From a virus, in IMG/VR virus record IMGVR_UViG_3300017971_002536, positions 1-64,000 of that record: DNA of 64,000 nt, one strand, 5' to 3'. The notes under the pieces are model-generated. The model was not told where the DNA came from. It did not search any database and saw nothing but the letters and a program-made list of their open reading frames with translations. The translations under genes were made by a program, and so were the position numbers. Below are positions 41,172 to 50,529 of this stretch, in pieces. Within the stretch, counting starts at the first letter, position 1. Each line of letters begins with the position of its first letter.

Positions 41172-41989
41172 AACATTTTCCCTAATTGACTTAAAAACCT
41201 CGGCCCACCTGGGCTGTGGAATATTGATGGTTGTGTATTATATAACTCATTTGTAACCTTTTTGTTCCTAAAATCAAAAATTAAATCGAATAATGTCGTG
41301 TGATGCTCAACAAACCTGCCAAACCGGGTTGCTAATTGTACGTTTTGGAATACTTTGTTTTCATAATCAATCTTTATTCCATACTTCCCACTCAAAAATA
41401 ATAAATGGAAAATAACTTGATCATGATACTCAGGTCGTTTTCCCGATAATAAGTTTCCATTTACTTTACTTGAAAATTTACCATCTTCATCTAAGTCTTT
41501 CGCCAGTTGGGCGAATAACTCGTTGTCCTTGTTCACTAACCTTTCTCTCATTTCTACCTGAGCATCAAACAATACATTCAAATCACTTACATAACCCATG
41601 TACATTCCACCATTTAAATAACGACCCTTGTAACCATGATCAGGAAATTTGTTGCCTAAACTATACCAAGCTGGAATACAAAAAATCTCGGAACTCCACA
41701 AAATACGTGTGTCATATTCTAAAAACTTTTTGATAATATTGTCAGGATAATCTAAAATGATCGTGTCACGAAAATCCATTATCACAACCAAATCACTATC
41801 ATCAAATCGCTGGAACGCTTTTCGGTACTCGTGTACTCGATTCCCAAAACTAAACTCGCCCATGTTTTGACCTAAAATATGTAAATCTAATCCAAACTTC
41901 TCACAACTTTCTAATAATGATCCACCAGCTAATTTTCCGACATATGTATGAATAGGCTCAGTTTCTACTGAACATACGTGTAACTTCAT
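41168..41989 (-). CDS. GT-A glycosyltransferase (PLOD/LH3 GT-domain-like)
   Basis: VIMDFRDT, WSSEIFC.P, YLNGGMYMG, HDQ, IDYENKVFQN, IFHSPG. Confidence 0.8.
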   Translation of the reverse strand: MKLHVCSVETEPIHTYVGKLAGGSLLESCEKFGLDLHILGQNMGEFSFGNRVHEYRKAFQRFDDSDLVVIMDFRDTIILDYPDNIIKKFLEYDTRILWSSEIFCIPAWYSLGNKFPDHGYKGRYLNGGMYMGYVSDLNVLFDAQVEMRERLVNKDNELFAQLAKDLDEDGKFSSKVNGNLLSGKRPEYHDQVIFHLLFLSGKYGIKIDYENKVFQNVQLATRFGRFVEHHTTLFDLIFDFRNKKVTNELYNTQPSIFHSPGGPRFLSQLGKML

Positions 41990-42330
41990 ATAATTTCCTT
42001 TGGAATTAATATAGATTTTTCCTTAGTCTTTACATAGATTTGTGAAACCACATTTAAAACTGATCTCATACCCATTTTGTTTGTCTCGTAAATCAAAACA
42101 TTTTCTTTCAGGGACGCTTCCTGAATGTCTTGTGGATAATCCTTCATACATGGTATAATGATAACAAGAGTTTTGTTGTATATTTTTAATAGATTAGCAA
42201 TATTCGTAAAGAAAGTGTCGCCCTTGTTTCCAAAGGCGACAAACCTCTCACAATCCTTGTTCTCTACAATAAACTTGTCTAACTCTCGATTCACATAACT
42301 TATTTCTTCATAATCAAAAAACTTTTTCAT
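41986..42330 (-). CDS. Hypothetical protein (weak resemblance to a fold-type II PLP-enzyme fragment)
   Basis: N-terminal MKKFFDY; FVAFGNKG..IANLL..TLVIIIP. Confidence 0.5.
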   Translation of the reverse strand: MKKFFDYEEISYVNRELDKFIVENKDCERFVAFGNKGDTFFTNIANLLKIYNKTLVIIIPCMKDYPQDIQEASLKENVLIYETNKMGMRSVLNVVSQIYVKTKEKSILIPKEII

Positions 42331-42363
42331 ACATATTATACTCTCTCAATACAAATAAGTTCC

Positions 42364-42849
42364 CTAATTTCCTGTTGAACCAAATCCACCTGCACCTCTG
42401 TCAGTATCGTCTAATTCGTCAACTTCCACTATTGTTGGCGTCACAACAGGACAAATAACCATTTGCGCAATCCTATCACCTTTTTTAAATTTAAAATCTA
42501 TTGTTGATTCATTTCTAAGAATTACTTTTATCTCTCCACGATAATCATTGTCTACCGTTCCCGGTGTATTTACTATCGTTATTGATCGTTTAGCAGCTAA
42601 ACCACTTCTCGGGCGAATTTGTGCTTCCCACGTAATTTTTTGTCTAAAATCTACTCCAAGTTCATAAGGATATACATTTGTCTCTAAAGGTTTCGGTAAT
42701 TGAATAGCAATACCGGTTCTAACCATTGATTGATCATTTGGATATACAATTCCATCCTCAAGAGCATATAAATCCATTCCAGAATCAGTAGGATTTGATC
42801 TTGTTGGTATAATAGCATCTTCGTGTAACTTCTTAATTTTCAGTTTCAT
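42364..42849 (-). CDS. dut: Trimeric dUTPase
   Basis: SGMDL, RPRSGLA, PGTVDNDYRGEI, DRIAQ, RGAGGFGSTG. Confidence 0.97.
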   Translation of the reverse strand: MKLKIKKLHEDAIIPTRSNPTDSGMDLYALEDGIVYPNDQSMVRTGIAIQLPKPLETNVYPYELGVDFRQKITWEAQIRPRSGLAAKRSITIVNTPGTVDNDYRGEIKVILRNESTIDFKFKKGDRIAQMVICPVVTPTIVEVDELDDTDRGAGGFGSTGN

Positions 42850-44875
42850 TTTCCACTCCTACTTTTATTTCTTCAATTTCAGTTGTCAACTCACAAACAT
42901 CATTGTTACAAAATTTATCAACTACTGCTTCGTGTTGTTCTACATTTGTAAAATCAAGTTTCTTTACTTTCTTTAGTTTCTCCTTATAATCTTCCTCACT
43001 AATTTCTTCGTAAGGCATTTGTGGATATGAACCACCATTGATTTTAGGTAAAAATGATATACCCTTGAGTTGATATTGAAAAAAGTTCAACGCATTAGCT
43101 ATATTTTTTCCCTCTTTATCAGGATCAAATGTTATCGTACAACTTACTTGATTGTCTGCCCAATGTCTCTGCATAAAGGCAGCTAACGAAAGTTGTTCCC
43201 ACATTGAAACCTCATTTATAGTCCGTATTCCCTCTCCAACATCAACAGGAAAATCGACCACTAATGAACTTGGATCACCAAATGCTTCTTCTATGTTATA
43301 TTTTGCTCTTTTCAATGGTTTTACTAATTTTGAGTTTTTTGCCAATCTCATTCGACGAATATAAAATCTCGATTCCGGATAATGTACTCCAGGTGTCGCT
43401 CCAGCTAACAGGGAAACTGTACCACTCGGTTTTACACTCGTTGTTTTTACTGATTTAGGGATTGCTAACCATTCACTATAAATTGTATCATAATCTTGTA
43501 TTGTATTATATCCCGTTTCTAACCATTGGCGAAGTGTCTCAATACCATTCTTTGTAATAAATTGAGCAACTCCACTCACTGAACAACCAATACGACGATT
43601 CCTTAACATTACTCGATTTGTTTCCGGCCAATGTGTTTGTCCAAGTGTTACTGTTTTACTATAAAGGTAGGCGTATTTGAGTGTCTTGAGATAATCTTCG
43701 AGGCTTTCGTGTCTCATTGGAAATGTTTCTACTAAGTTACATAACTCATATGATTCTAATGATTGTTCTACACAAGGATTTACACCTTTGGCACGAAAAT
43801 CCTTGTTGTCCATTCCATTCTTTATTCGTGAATACCCTTGTATATTCTCTAACCATACATATCCAGGTTCTCCGTTATGCCAGGTTCTATCAGCTGCTTT
43901 CGTGTAATCCATTCCTAATGTAGCATAAATACTATTGTTCGATGTCCAACCATATTCCGCACGTTCAGGATTTATATCATAATTTTTTAGATTCAAGTAT
44001 TCTTCATCATCAGCTTCGCCAATCGCAATCTCAGCGGTTCGGCGTACATTTCCTGCTACTACCGCTTTTCCAATGAAGTTCATTATATCAACTATCGCTC
44101 GTACCGTTATCGGCTTACCGACGAGTGGTTCTAAAACTTCTCGTATATTGTAATGTAATTTTACTAATGGATCAGGTCCTGACGAAACTCCACCGAAGCC
44201 ACGAATAGGCTCCCCAGGTCCTCTAACTAATGAAAAATCAAACAAGATGTCAGGTTGTCCAGTAAAATAAGCGTCTATCAACTTCCCAACACTCTCTACC
44301 CAACCCTCTCTTGTATCAGGTATTACAAATGTCTCAAAATCCTTTTCTTTATTTATACCCTTTATAACAATTTCGCCAGAACCCTTAGTGTCAAATCCAA
44401 CTCCCACACCAAGCATACTGGCGTCCATCAAAAATGTAAATGGTTTCGATAAATCGTGTTTCAAATCCTCAGTTGAAACAAAAGCGCAGTTATTTAACGC
44501 AGCAAATAACCCTTTTTCTTCCGTGATAGGCGTTCCCATCGCCCATAAACCTCTACCCGGCGGTAGAAATTTCATGTTGTACATTCGATCAAACATTTCT
44601 TTTGCTGAAGCTTGTGCTTTCCACTCATTCCAATATAAACGATTTCCCATGATCCACTTTTTCTGCATATTGTATGCTCCATTGACCACTCGGGCAACAG
44701 TCTCCCACCATTGCTCGTTTGTTCCATCGTCTTTTATCCGGGAATAAGTGCGCATATATACAAGATAACCCAAACCATTGAAACCAAATGGCGGGATTTC
44801 ATCTTTATATTTTTCAAGGAAAGCTTCAGACAGTGAGAAAGGCTTAAAATCATCCAAATATCTGTCTGTAGGCAT
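42833..44875 (-). CDS. nrdJ: Class II adenosylcobalamin-dependent ribonucleoside-triphosphate reductase (monomeric type)
   Basis: PPGRGLW, NNCAF, GNVRRTAEI, NPCVEQ.L..ELCNL, VKPSGT, C-terminal FCNNDVC. Confidence 0.93.
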   Translation of the reverse strand: MPTDRYLDDFKPFSLSEAFLEKYKDEIPPFGFNGLGYLVYMRTYSRIKDDGTNEQWWETVARVVNGAYNMQKKWIMGNRLYWNEWKAQASAKEMFDRMYNMKFLPPGRGLWAMGTPITEEKGLFAALNNCAFVSTEDLKHDLSKPFTFLMDASMLGVGVGFDTKGSGEIVIKGINKEKDFETFVIPDTREGWVESVGKLIDAYFTGQPDILFDFSLVRGPGEPIRGFGGVSSGPDPLVKLHYNIREVLEPLVGKPITVRAIVDIMNFIGKAVVAGNVRRTAEIAIGEADDEEYLNLKNYDINPERAEYGWTSNNSIYATLGMDYTKAADRTWHNGEPGYVWLENIQGYSRIKNGMDNKDFRAKGVNPCVEQSLESYELCNLVETFPMRHESLEDYLKTLKYAYLYSKTVTLGQTHWPETNRVMLRNRRIGCSVSGVAQFITKNGIETLRQWLETGYNTIQDYDTIYSEWLAIPKSVKTTSVKPSGTVSLLAGATPGVHYPESRFYIRRMRLAKNSKLVKPLKRAKYNIEEAFGDPSSLVVDFPVDVGEGIRTINEVSMWEQLSLAAFMQRHWADNQVSCTITFDPDKEGKNIANALNFFQYQLKGISFLPKINGGSYPQMPYEEISEEDYKEKLKKVKKLDFTNVEQHEAVVDKFCNNDVCELTTEIEEIKVGVENETEN

Positions 44876-44971
44876 ACGTAGTTCTCCTTTAACATTAACT
44901 TTTCCGTGTGAATTTCTGTAAACTGTTTGAGGCTTTTATGATGTGTAGTAAATTTTTCTCAACCTCGCTTA

Positions 44972-44979
44972 TATAAATA
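44972..44979 (-). promoter_or_regulatory. TATTTATA putative phage promoter upstream of nrdJ
   Basis: Recurrent intergenic motif. Confidence 0.5.
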
Positions 44980-45060
44980 TAGACGAAATTAAAAAACACA
45001 TATAAAGAATTATACTATTTTGCTAAAGGAAAGTTCCCTAATCGGTAGGTATTTTATTAA

Positions 45061-45639
45061 TTATTTAAATAATTTTTCCCAATCTTTTTTTAACTCTAAC
45101 TTATATTTATCTAATAACTTAGATGAAATACTATTAATGCAATATCCCTTTCTTTGTGGATTTTCTAATTCATCAACAGGAATTAAAGAAAAATTCCAAT
45201 TATTTATATTTTTACGAACTTCTTTTTTATCTCGTCCTTTATAGTGAATTAACGTAACCAAAACCGCATCAAATTCATCAATACTATATGGAGTATAACC
45301 ATTAAGTGAATTATTTACATTTTTATCAGAATTTCTCCTTGTATTTTCAAAACAAATTTGTCTTGAGTACGGAGTTTTACCATCAACTTGTCTCAACTTA
45401 CTTTGGATTTTTTTATATTTGAGATTTGTATATATATCAAAACCTGCACCATTACCATCATCATTTATAACATCACTTACAACATTATTTCCTAAATAAT
45501 ATTTTATCAAATCACATTGAATATACTCATTTGCTTCTGCAACAGTTTTTCCCCATTCTCTAAGACATTTTCTCAATACAAATCCATTTTCAATAAAATC
45601 TCTAACATCCTTATCAGTTATAATACTATTATCTAACAA
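45061..45639 (-). CDS. Putative PD-(D/E)XK-type (D..QxK) endonuclease
   Basis: GFDI..KIQSK.R, YSIDEFD; start reassigned to TTG 45639, just after GGAGAG, because the track start lies inside a terminator. Confidence 0.5.
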   Translation of the reverse strand: MLDNSIITDKDVRDFIENGFVLRKCLREWGKTVAEANEYIQCDLIKYYLGNNVVSDVINDDGNGAGFDIYTNLKYKKIQSKLRQVDGKTPYSRQICFENTRRNSDKNVNNSLNGYTPYSIDEFDAVLVTLIHYKGRDKKEVRKNINNWNFSLIPVDELENPQRKGYCINSISSKLLDKYKLELKKDWEKLFK

Positions 45640-45660
45640 ATTTCTCTCCAATCTTTTAAT

Positions 45661-45692
45661 AAAAAACCCATTCAATATTGAATGGGCTTTTT
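45661..45692 (-). terminator. Rho-independent terminator (probably bidirectional)
   Basis: Perfect palindrome cccattcaatattgaatggg (45667-45686) flanked by A6 and T5. Confidence 0.8.
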
Positions 45693-45701
45693 AATTTTTT
45701 A

Positions 45702-46073
45702 TTAGAACCAACGCATCAACGAAATCCGGCGATTGGCAGATTCCTTGTGACCTACAAAACGAGTTGTATGACCACCATCAAAACGTCTCTTTAAAGACAT
45801 TTTTTCGAAACCACTAATCATAGCAGCAAGAGTGAATAACTTTTTTAGTGTCGCCTTACGTCTTTCAATACGACCGGGATCAAGAATGGAAACAATATCT
45901 TCCAACATCTTGACGTTGGCTTCGGCGTTCCGGCGACCACACTCAGGACAATTATATGCTTTCGCACGTCCTACCATTACACCTATTGCGAAATGTTCGC
46001 CCTTTTCTATGCTAAAGGGAACGGTCACTTTATGACCACATTTGTATTCTACATCAACCATTGTTTTTGACAT
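45702..46073 (-). CDS. Early hypothetical protein with Zn-binding motif
   Basis: CGH..CPEC; directly downstream of a sigma70 promoter. Confidence 0.65.
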   Translation of the reverse strand: MSKTMVDVEYKCGHKVTVPFSIEKGEHFAIGVMVGRAKAYNCPECGRRNAEANVKMLEDIVSILDPGRIERRKATLKKLFTLAAMISGFEKMSLKRRFDGGHTTRFVGHKESANRRISLMRWF

Positions 46074-46105
46074 CTTATAACCTCTTTCTTTATTTACGTT
46101 ACTTA

Positions 46106-46141
46106 AATATACGAAATAAAAGCATTCTTGTCAACTGTTTT
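46106..46141 (-). promoter_or_regulatory. Early sigma70-type promoter
   Basis: AAAACAG-TTGACA(46134-46129)-17 nt ending TTTCG-TATATT(46111-46106). Confidence 0.85.
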
Positions 46142-46151
46142 TTTACTTTTT

Positions 46152-46355
46152 TTATCGCTGACCAAATCTTTTATCATCTATCCACATAACTAAAGTATCT
46201 TCCGTAGGATATAACATAACCTTTAATCCCGCATCCATCACTTTATCAATAATCGCTGTTCGTTTGCGTTTCGTGTATTCAAATTCTTCTTGATGTTTAT
46301 ATCCAAGAACGTGTTCCCAATTCGAATACCAATACGCTACCATAATTTTTTTCAT
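46152..46355 (-). CDS. Early hypothetical protein
   Basis: AGGAG RBS; ATGA coupling. Confidence 0.65.
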   Translation of the reverse strand: MKKIMVAYWYSNWEHVLGYKHQEEFEYTKRKRTAIIDKVMDAGLKVMLYPTEDTLVMWIDDKRFGQR

Positions 46356-46573
46356 GATTCTCTCCTATCAATATTCCATACCAAACCGGATAAAGTGTTC
46401 GAAGAATCCCAATAATGAAATCCACCACCTTTAACCGTCCACCAGGGATAAGTCATACCGGGTTGTTTATTGATCCAATATTTCTTACCATTTAGATTAT
46501 ACTCATAACGACCACCGCGGTGGCGAATAAGTTCACCTTTGTATTCATAGTCACGAATATATTTTTTCATCAA
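46352..46573 (-). CDS. Early hypothetical protein
   Basis: Coupled ORF. Confidence 0.6.
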   Translation of the reverse strand: MMKKYIRDYEYKGELIRHRGGRYEYNLNGKKYWINKQPGMTYPWWTVKGGGFHYWDSSNTLSGLVWNIDRRES

Positions 46574-46836
46574 CTGTACCTCGCTACTAATTTACCATTG
46601 TAATAAACTTCGCGGGTAAAAAGAATCGGTGTCCAACCCAATTCTTTGCGACGCGCGTCAGCGTGAGCAATCTTCCACGCTTTTGTGAAAAGAGTATTAG
46701 TAACAACTTCAAAGCCACTATTATACTTGTGACCACCTGGTGCAAAAGTATCAGCTTCTGCCCATTGAATCTTGACAGTCCAAGTACCACGAACTGAAAA
46801 CTTTACATCTTTACTTTTGAAATCGTAACGAAACAT
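46570..46836 (-). CDS. Early hypothetical protein
   Basis: AAGGAG RBS, downstream of promoter. Confidence 0.65.
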   Translation of the reverse strand: MFRYDFKSKDVKFSVRGTWTVKIQWAEADTFAPGGHKYNSGFEVVTNTLFTKAWKIAHADARRKELGWTPILFTREVYYNGKLVARYS

Positions 46837-46874
46837 TTTTAACTCCTTTAGTTGTTATCTCAATTAACTACTAT

Positions 46875-46910
46875 AATATACGAAATTCAGATGTATTTGT
46901 CAACTGTTTT
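46875..46910 (-). promoter_or_regulatory. Early sigma70-type promoter
   Basis: AAAACAG-TTGACA(46903-46898)-17 nt-TATATT(46880-46875). Confidence 0.85.
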
Positions 46911-46931
46911 CTGGTTTTTCTGGTAAATTTT

Positions 46932-47324
46932 TTATAGGGAAAATCGTAAACTTACGGTGTAACCGCTTCGTTGTAACGTGTTGATGTTTAATATGACGGG
47001 CGTCCATGATATGATGTTATATACAATTAAAGCTAATCTTCGTTGTCCTACCGATGATGTAAAATTCTTTATTACCATTATTCCGAATGCAGATATGATC
47101 ACTTTCGTGGCGAATAACTGTGTCATACTGGGATGCGAGCCGTATAAAGGATTTACCTCTTTCATCCCATATGTATTTATCGCATGATTTGTTAAGCCGT
47201 AATCTAATACCTGCGCTATTACAAAAGTGGACGCTAACGTATAATCTACGGGCGTCCACTCCAATGAATCTTGACCAAAAATACAAATTGGTATCAATAA
47301 GAATATTATTAAACGGTGTGCCAT
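46932..47324 (-). CDS. Membrane protein (DUF5658-like)
   Basis: Signal peptide; LD..LT..G.KEVNPL; further TM helices. Confidence 0.6.
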   Translation of the reverse strand: MAHRLIIFLLIPICIFGQDSLEWTPVDYTLASTFVIAQVLDYGLTNHAINTYGMKEVNPLYGSHPSMTQLFATKVIISAFGIMVIKNFTSSVGQRRLALIVYNIISWTPVILNINTLQRSGYTVSLRFSL

Positions 47325-48265
47325 TCTCTAATCATCCTCTTTACTAATTCTTGTACTTCATTGTATCTCGGACGTTTCGGTAACGCGGTATACTCAACAG
47401 CATCATGAATCTTAGCTTCAAGTTCCTCAGCGTAATCCAAAACGTATTTCATTTCCCACTTTCCTAACTTCACATCCAAAATAGTTTGACGATAACGTAA
47501 AGGAAATTCGAGGCGTCCGGTGGACAATAATTCTTTTCCCTCTAACATCAATCGAACTAAATGTGATGCAAATTTAGTGTCATATCCATGAGAAGTTAAC
47601 AAATCTTTCCTATTGGTAGCTTTAGACAATCTTTCATCAATCATCTTCTTTACTTTCCTCAACATGAAATGTCTTTGGAAATTTAAGTCACCAATAAGAA
47701 TGTTGTCGCCTTTAACACTCATAAATGGAAGTTTCTTGTCAAGAATCTCAACTAACAATTTCTTTCCATCTTCAGGAGATTTAATAAATCCATACAACCA
47801 ATCTTGAGCATTCTCAAGGGAATGATAATTGTCAGTGCGAATCACCATCTTGTGTTTTTGACTAAAAGCATATCCAAGAAATTTTTCCTTTAATCCACGA
47901 TGCGGGAACAAATGAGCGTTCCTCAAAAGTTCCTTTCCCCAAAAGTTACTGTAAACTAAGTTTGCTTCGTTAACAAACATTTGTTCCAAAATATTCGGGT
48001 TATTATCCATCGCCAGACGAACAAACTTTCTCAACTCATAAATCACCATATCAACGGCGTTTTCGTCGTTCTTTCCATCGTCCTTTTTAGACTTGATACT
48101 CAAATCAACTTCGTCGGCACGTTCGAATCCAAATACCATGTCCTCACTCGGCATGAAAACTCCACTGTAATCAGTGTCACTGGTTGGAGTTGCAGTTCCA
48201 TACAACCTTGACCCAACCATATATTCTAAAATCTTATTTTCTTTCGCAACTTCTCTCGCGTTCAT
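47309..48265 (-). CDS. Pol-beta-superfamily nucleotidyltransferase (T4 NrdC.11/YcgL/RlaP-like)
   Basis: GSRLYGTATPTSDTDYSGVF, NNPNILE, GYA, GYDTKFASHLVRL. Confidence 0.85.
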   Translation of the reverse strand: MNAREVAKENKILEYMVGSRLYGTATPTSDTDYSGVFMPSEDMVFGFERADEVDLSIKSKKDDGKNDENAVDMVIYELRKFVRLAMDNNPNILEQMFVNEANLVYSNFWGKELLRNAHLFPHRGLKEKFLGYAFSQKHKMVIRTDNYHSLENAQDWLYGFIKSPEDGKKLLVEILDKKLPFMSVKGDNILIGDLNFQRHFMLRKVKKMIDERLSKATNRKDLLTSHGYDTKFASHLVRLMLEGKELLSTGRLEFPLRYRQTILDVKLGKWEMKYVLDYAEELEAKIHDAVEYTALPKRPRYNEVQELVKRMIREWHTV

Positions 48266-48450
48266 TTCTTTTCCTTATTCTTAAACTGAAAATGATATTC
48301 ATCTTCACCTTTATCAATCGTATCTATAATCCTTGATAAAAATTGAATGGGAGCAGTAGTTCCACCGGCCCAAGCAAGATTATAAACCGTTACTTCACTA
48401 CGAATATGTTGATATACATCGTCGTCAATTAATAAAGTAATTTTTTTCAA
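48262..48450 (-). CDS. Early hypothetical protein
   Basis: GGAG RBS, TTG start, downstream of promoter. Confidence 0.55.
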   Translation of the reverse strand: MKKITLLIDDDVYQHIRSEVTVYNLAWAGGTTAPIQFLSRIIDTIDKGEDEYHFQFKNKEKK

Positions 48451-48474
48451 TTAAAACTCCATTTCTTTGATATA

Positions 48475-48510
48475 AAGTTACGAAATAAAAATGTATTTGT
48501 CAACTGTTTT
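48475..48510 (-). promoter_or_regulatory. Early sigma70-type promoter
   Basis: AAAACAG-TTGACA(48503-48498)-17 nt ending TTTCG-TAACTT. Confidence 0.75.
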
Positions 48511-48518
48511 CTGATAAA

Positions 48519-48812
48519 TTATGAAGATAATGACGTTTTTTCAAATACTCTCCAATTATCACCATCAAAGATTGTTATAACATAATGATAATGTGGCGTT
48601 TTCTTCATATTACAATAACATTCATCCTGCCACTCCCGACCACCATTAATCTTTTTATATTCTAATGATAAGATTGTGTGAACTAAACCAAACGCACTTA
48701 TTGGATTTAAATGTTCAATAATTTCTGGCTCAAGATTTGTCCTACTCCTTATTAATTCTTTCGCCTTTTCATACTTTCTTTTTTCTTTTCCTAATACTTT
48801 TCTCACTACCAT
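48519..48812 (-). CDS. Hypothetical protein
   Basis: GGAGGGG RBS. Confidence 0.6.
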   Translation of the reverse strand: MVVRKVLGKEKRKYEKAKELIRSRTNLEPEIIEHLNPISAFGLVHTILSLEYKKINGGREWQDECYCNMKKTPHYHYVITIFDGDNWRVFEKTSLSS

Positions 48813-48892
48813 ATCCCCTCCGAAAAGTTGGTATGATTTTTGTACAATTATATGGTATAAAAACCATTCAATATAAATAGGAGAATAAAAAA

Positions 48893-49585
48893 ATGAGTAT
48901 CAAACTATTGTTTCTTATTGTGATAAGTCTACTCTTATCCTCTTGTTACACACACTTTCGTTACGTCTATACCGAAGAACCTGTAGACGAAGTTTACATT
49001 TATGATGTCAACTATGTTTACACTAATCTTTGGTATGACGATTTCTACTGGCGTTACGATGTCTCTAATTACTATTGTACATTTGGTTTATATTATTATT
49101 CGCCAGGGTACTATGGCTACCCTTACCACTATAAATATAAACCATACTATTATCATAAACGCCCGTATTATAAACGCCATTGGAAAAAACGCCGTCATAA
49201 TGTTGATAAAAACCCACGTTATAGACCAAAACGACACTTATTGATGGGAAAAACCAACATTAAAAAATCTCAAAAAAATGTCCTGCTAAACCGTAAAAAA
49301 TTCAAAAAAAGAAAGGTAATAGGACAAAAATCGAGACAGAATGTCCAGATAAAAAATCGTATCACGACAAAATCTCGTCAAAATGTCGAAATACGTAAAA
49401 AACGACAAAATAAACGTAATTATCACGACACACAAAAACGTGTCCACCGAACACCCTCGTTCAAAAAACAAGTCCAAAAAACGAGAAAAAATACCCACGT
49501 TCAAAAACGTAATAATTCGGCTTTCAAATCAAAAATTAATAAAAAATCTCAAAGAGCAAATGTTAAAAGAAAAGGGCGAAAATAA
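48893..49585 (+). CDS. Putative lipoprotein with Tyr-rich middle and very basic disordered tail
   Basis: AGGAG RBS; MSIKLLFLIVISLLLSSC lipobox; only credible plus-strand gene. Confidence 0.75.
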   Translation: MSIKLLFLIVISLLLSSCYTHFRYVYTEEPVDEVYIYDVNYVYTNLWYDDFYWRYDVSNYYCTFGLYYYSPGYYGYPYHYKYKPYYYHKRPYYKRHWKKRRHNVDKNPRYRPKRHLLMGKTNIKKSQKNVLLNRKKFKKRKVIGQKSRQNVQIKNRITTKSRQNVEIRKKRQNKRNYHDTQKRVHRTPSFKKQVQKTRKNTHVQKRNNSAFKSKINKKSQRANVKRKGRK

Positions 49586-49597
49586 TCGCCCTTTTTT
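49570..49597. terminator. Bidirectional terminator between convergent genes
   Basis: aaaa-gggcga-aaataa-tcgccc-tttttt. Confidence 0.8.
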
Positions 49598-49599
49598 AC

Positions 49600-50499
49600 T
49601 TATTTTTCTTTATTTTTCGCTAAATATTTCGGCGAATATCTAAGATAACATTGTGTCGCAGGCAAATCTACACTATAACCCTCACTATCTACTTTTATAA
49701 GTGCTGGTGTTTCTCTCGATGGATTTTTTGTCAATAAATCATTTATACGAGTAGAAATATGTGTCCATGGCTCAGCATCTGGTTCATATTCCATATGTTT
49801 TCTGTTGACTTCACTCAATAAATCTTTGTAGTGAATTTGTCCATATTCTTCAATGGTTTCTTTGATAAGAGAAACTTGAGAATACTCAGATTTATATGTA
49901 CTCGATCTTAATTCAGTTAAATCATTACTCTCAAACCAATTAAAAATACTAGCATTATTATCTAAATGTTTCATGAAAATTTCATGTAATTCTGGAAATG
50001 TAAAATAAAATGTAGAATATTCTTTTGCAACCACTAAGGCTTTTTCTTTTATAAAAAGTGTTCCGAGTTCTCCAAAATCCAAACGCTCTTTATAAACTTC
50101 TTTATCAAGAATACTTTTATATATAACAAGTTGTTCTTTATATAGATCACTACCTATTTTTACTTCTATATAAAAAATTCCATTACCATATTTTTTTGAC
50201 TTTATACGTAAAACAATATCAAGACGCCTATCATGTATTTCCTCTCCATCAGACGCATAAATAACTTCTTTTTTAGGTTCTTCTCTACTTACACTATATT
50301 CTATTTCATCATCCGAAAAATCATATTTTTTAGTCTTTTCACCTATTAGTGTAATTATTTCATCAGCAACCTTTGGATTATTATTAATATACAAACAAAC
50401 TCCACCAGTCACTTTAACCTCTTGACCACCACCAACTATATCTATCCAATATTTTTCTTGATCTTCCATCAGTGGATTTCTATTACAACGAATTTTCAT
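49600..50499 (-). CDS. PD-(D/E)XK nuclease (PDDEXK_4-like) with C-terminal possible winged helix
   Basis: RRLDIVL..FYIEVKI..EQL..Y; own early promoter. Confidence 0.7.
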   Translation of the reverse strand: MKIRCNRNPLMEDQEKYWIDIVGGGQEVKVTGGVCLYINNNPKVADEIITLIGEKTKKYDFSDDEIEYSVSREEPKKEVIYASDGEEIHDRRLDIVLRIKSKKYGNGIFYIEVKIGSDLYKEQLVIYKSILDKEVYKERLDFGELGTLFIKEKALVVAKEYSTFYFTFPELHEIFMKHLDNNASIFNWFESNDLTELRSSTYKSEYSQVSLIKETIEEYGQIHYKDLLSEVNRKHMEYEPDAEPWTHISTRINDLLTKNPSRETPALIKVDSEGYSVDLPATQCYLRYSPKYLAKNKEK

Positions 50500-50529
50500 T
50501 ATATAACCTTTCTTTATTTGTCTATTACT

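Noticed and set aside
35164-44875. Introns or inteins in PolB and NrdJ
   Set aside because: Both are uninterrupted and of normal length.
44876-45060. Cobalamin riboswitch or NrdR boxes upstream of nrdJ
   Set aside because: The leader is short and AT-rich with no B12-box, and NrdR-like matches are too degenerate. An Infernal/Rfam scan would settle it.
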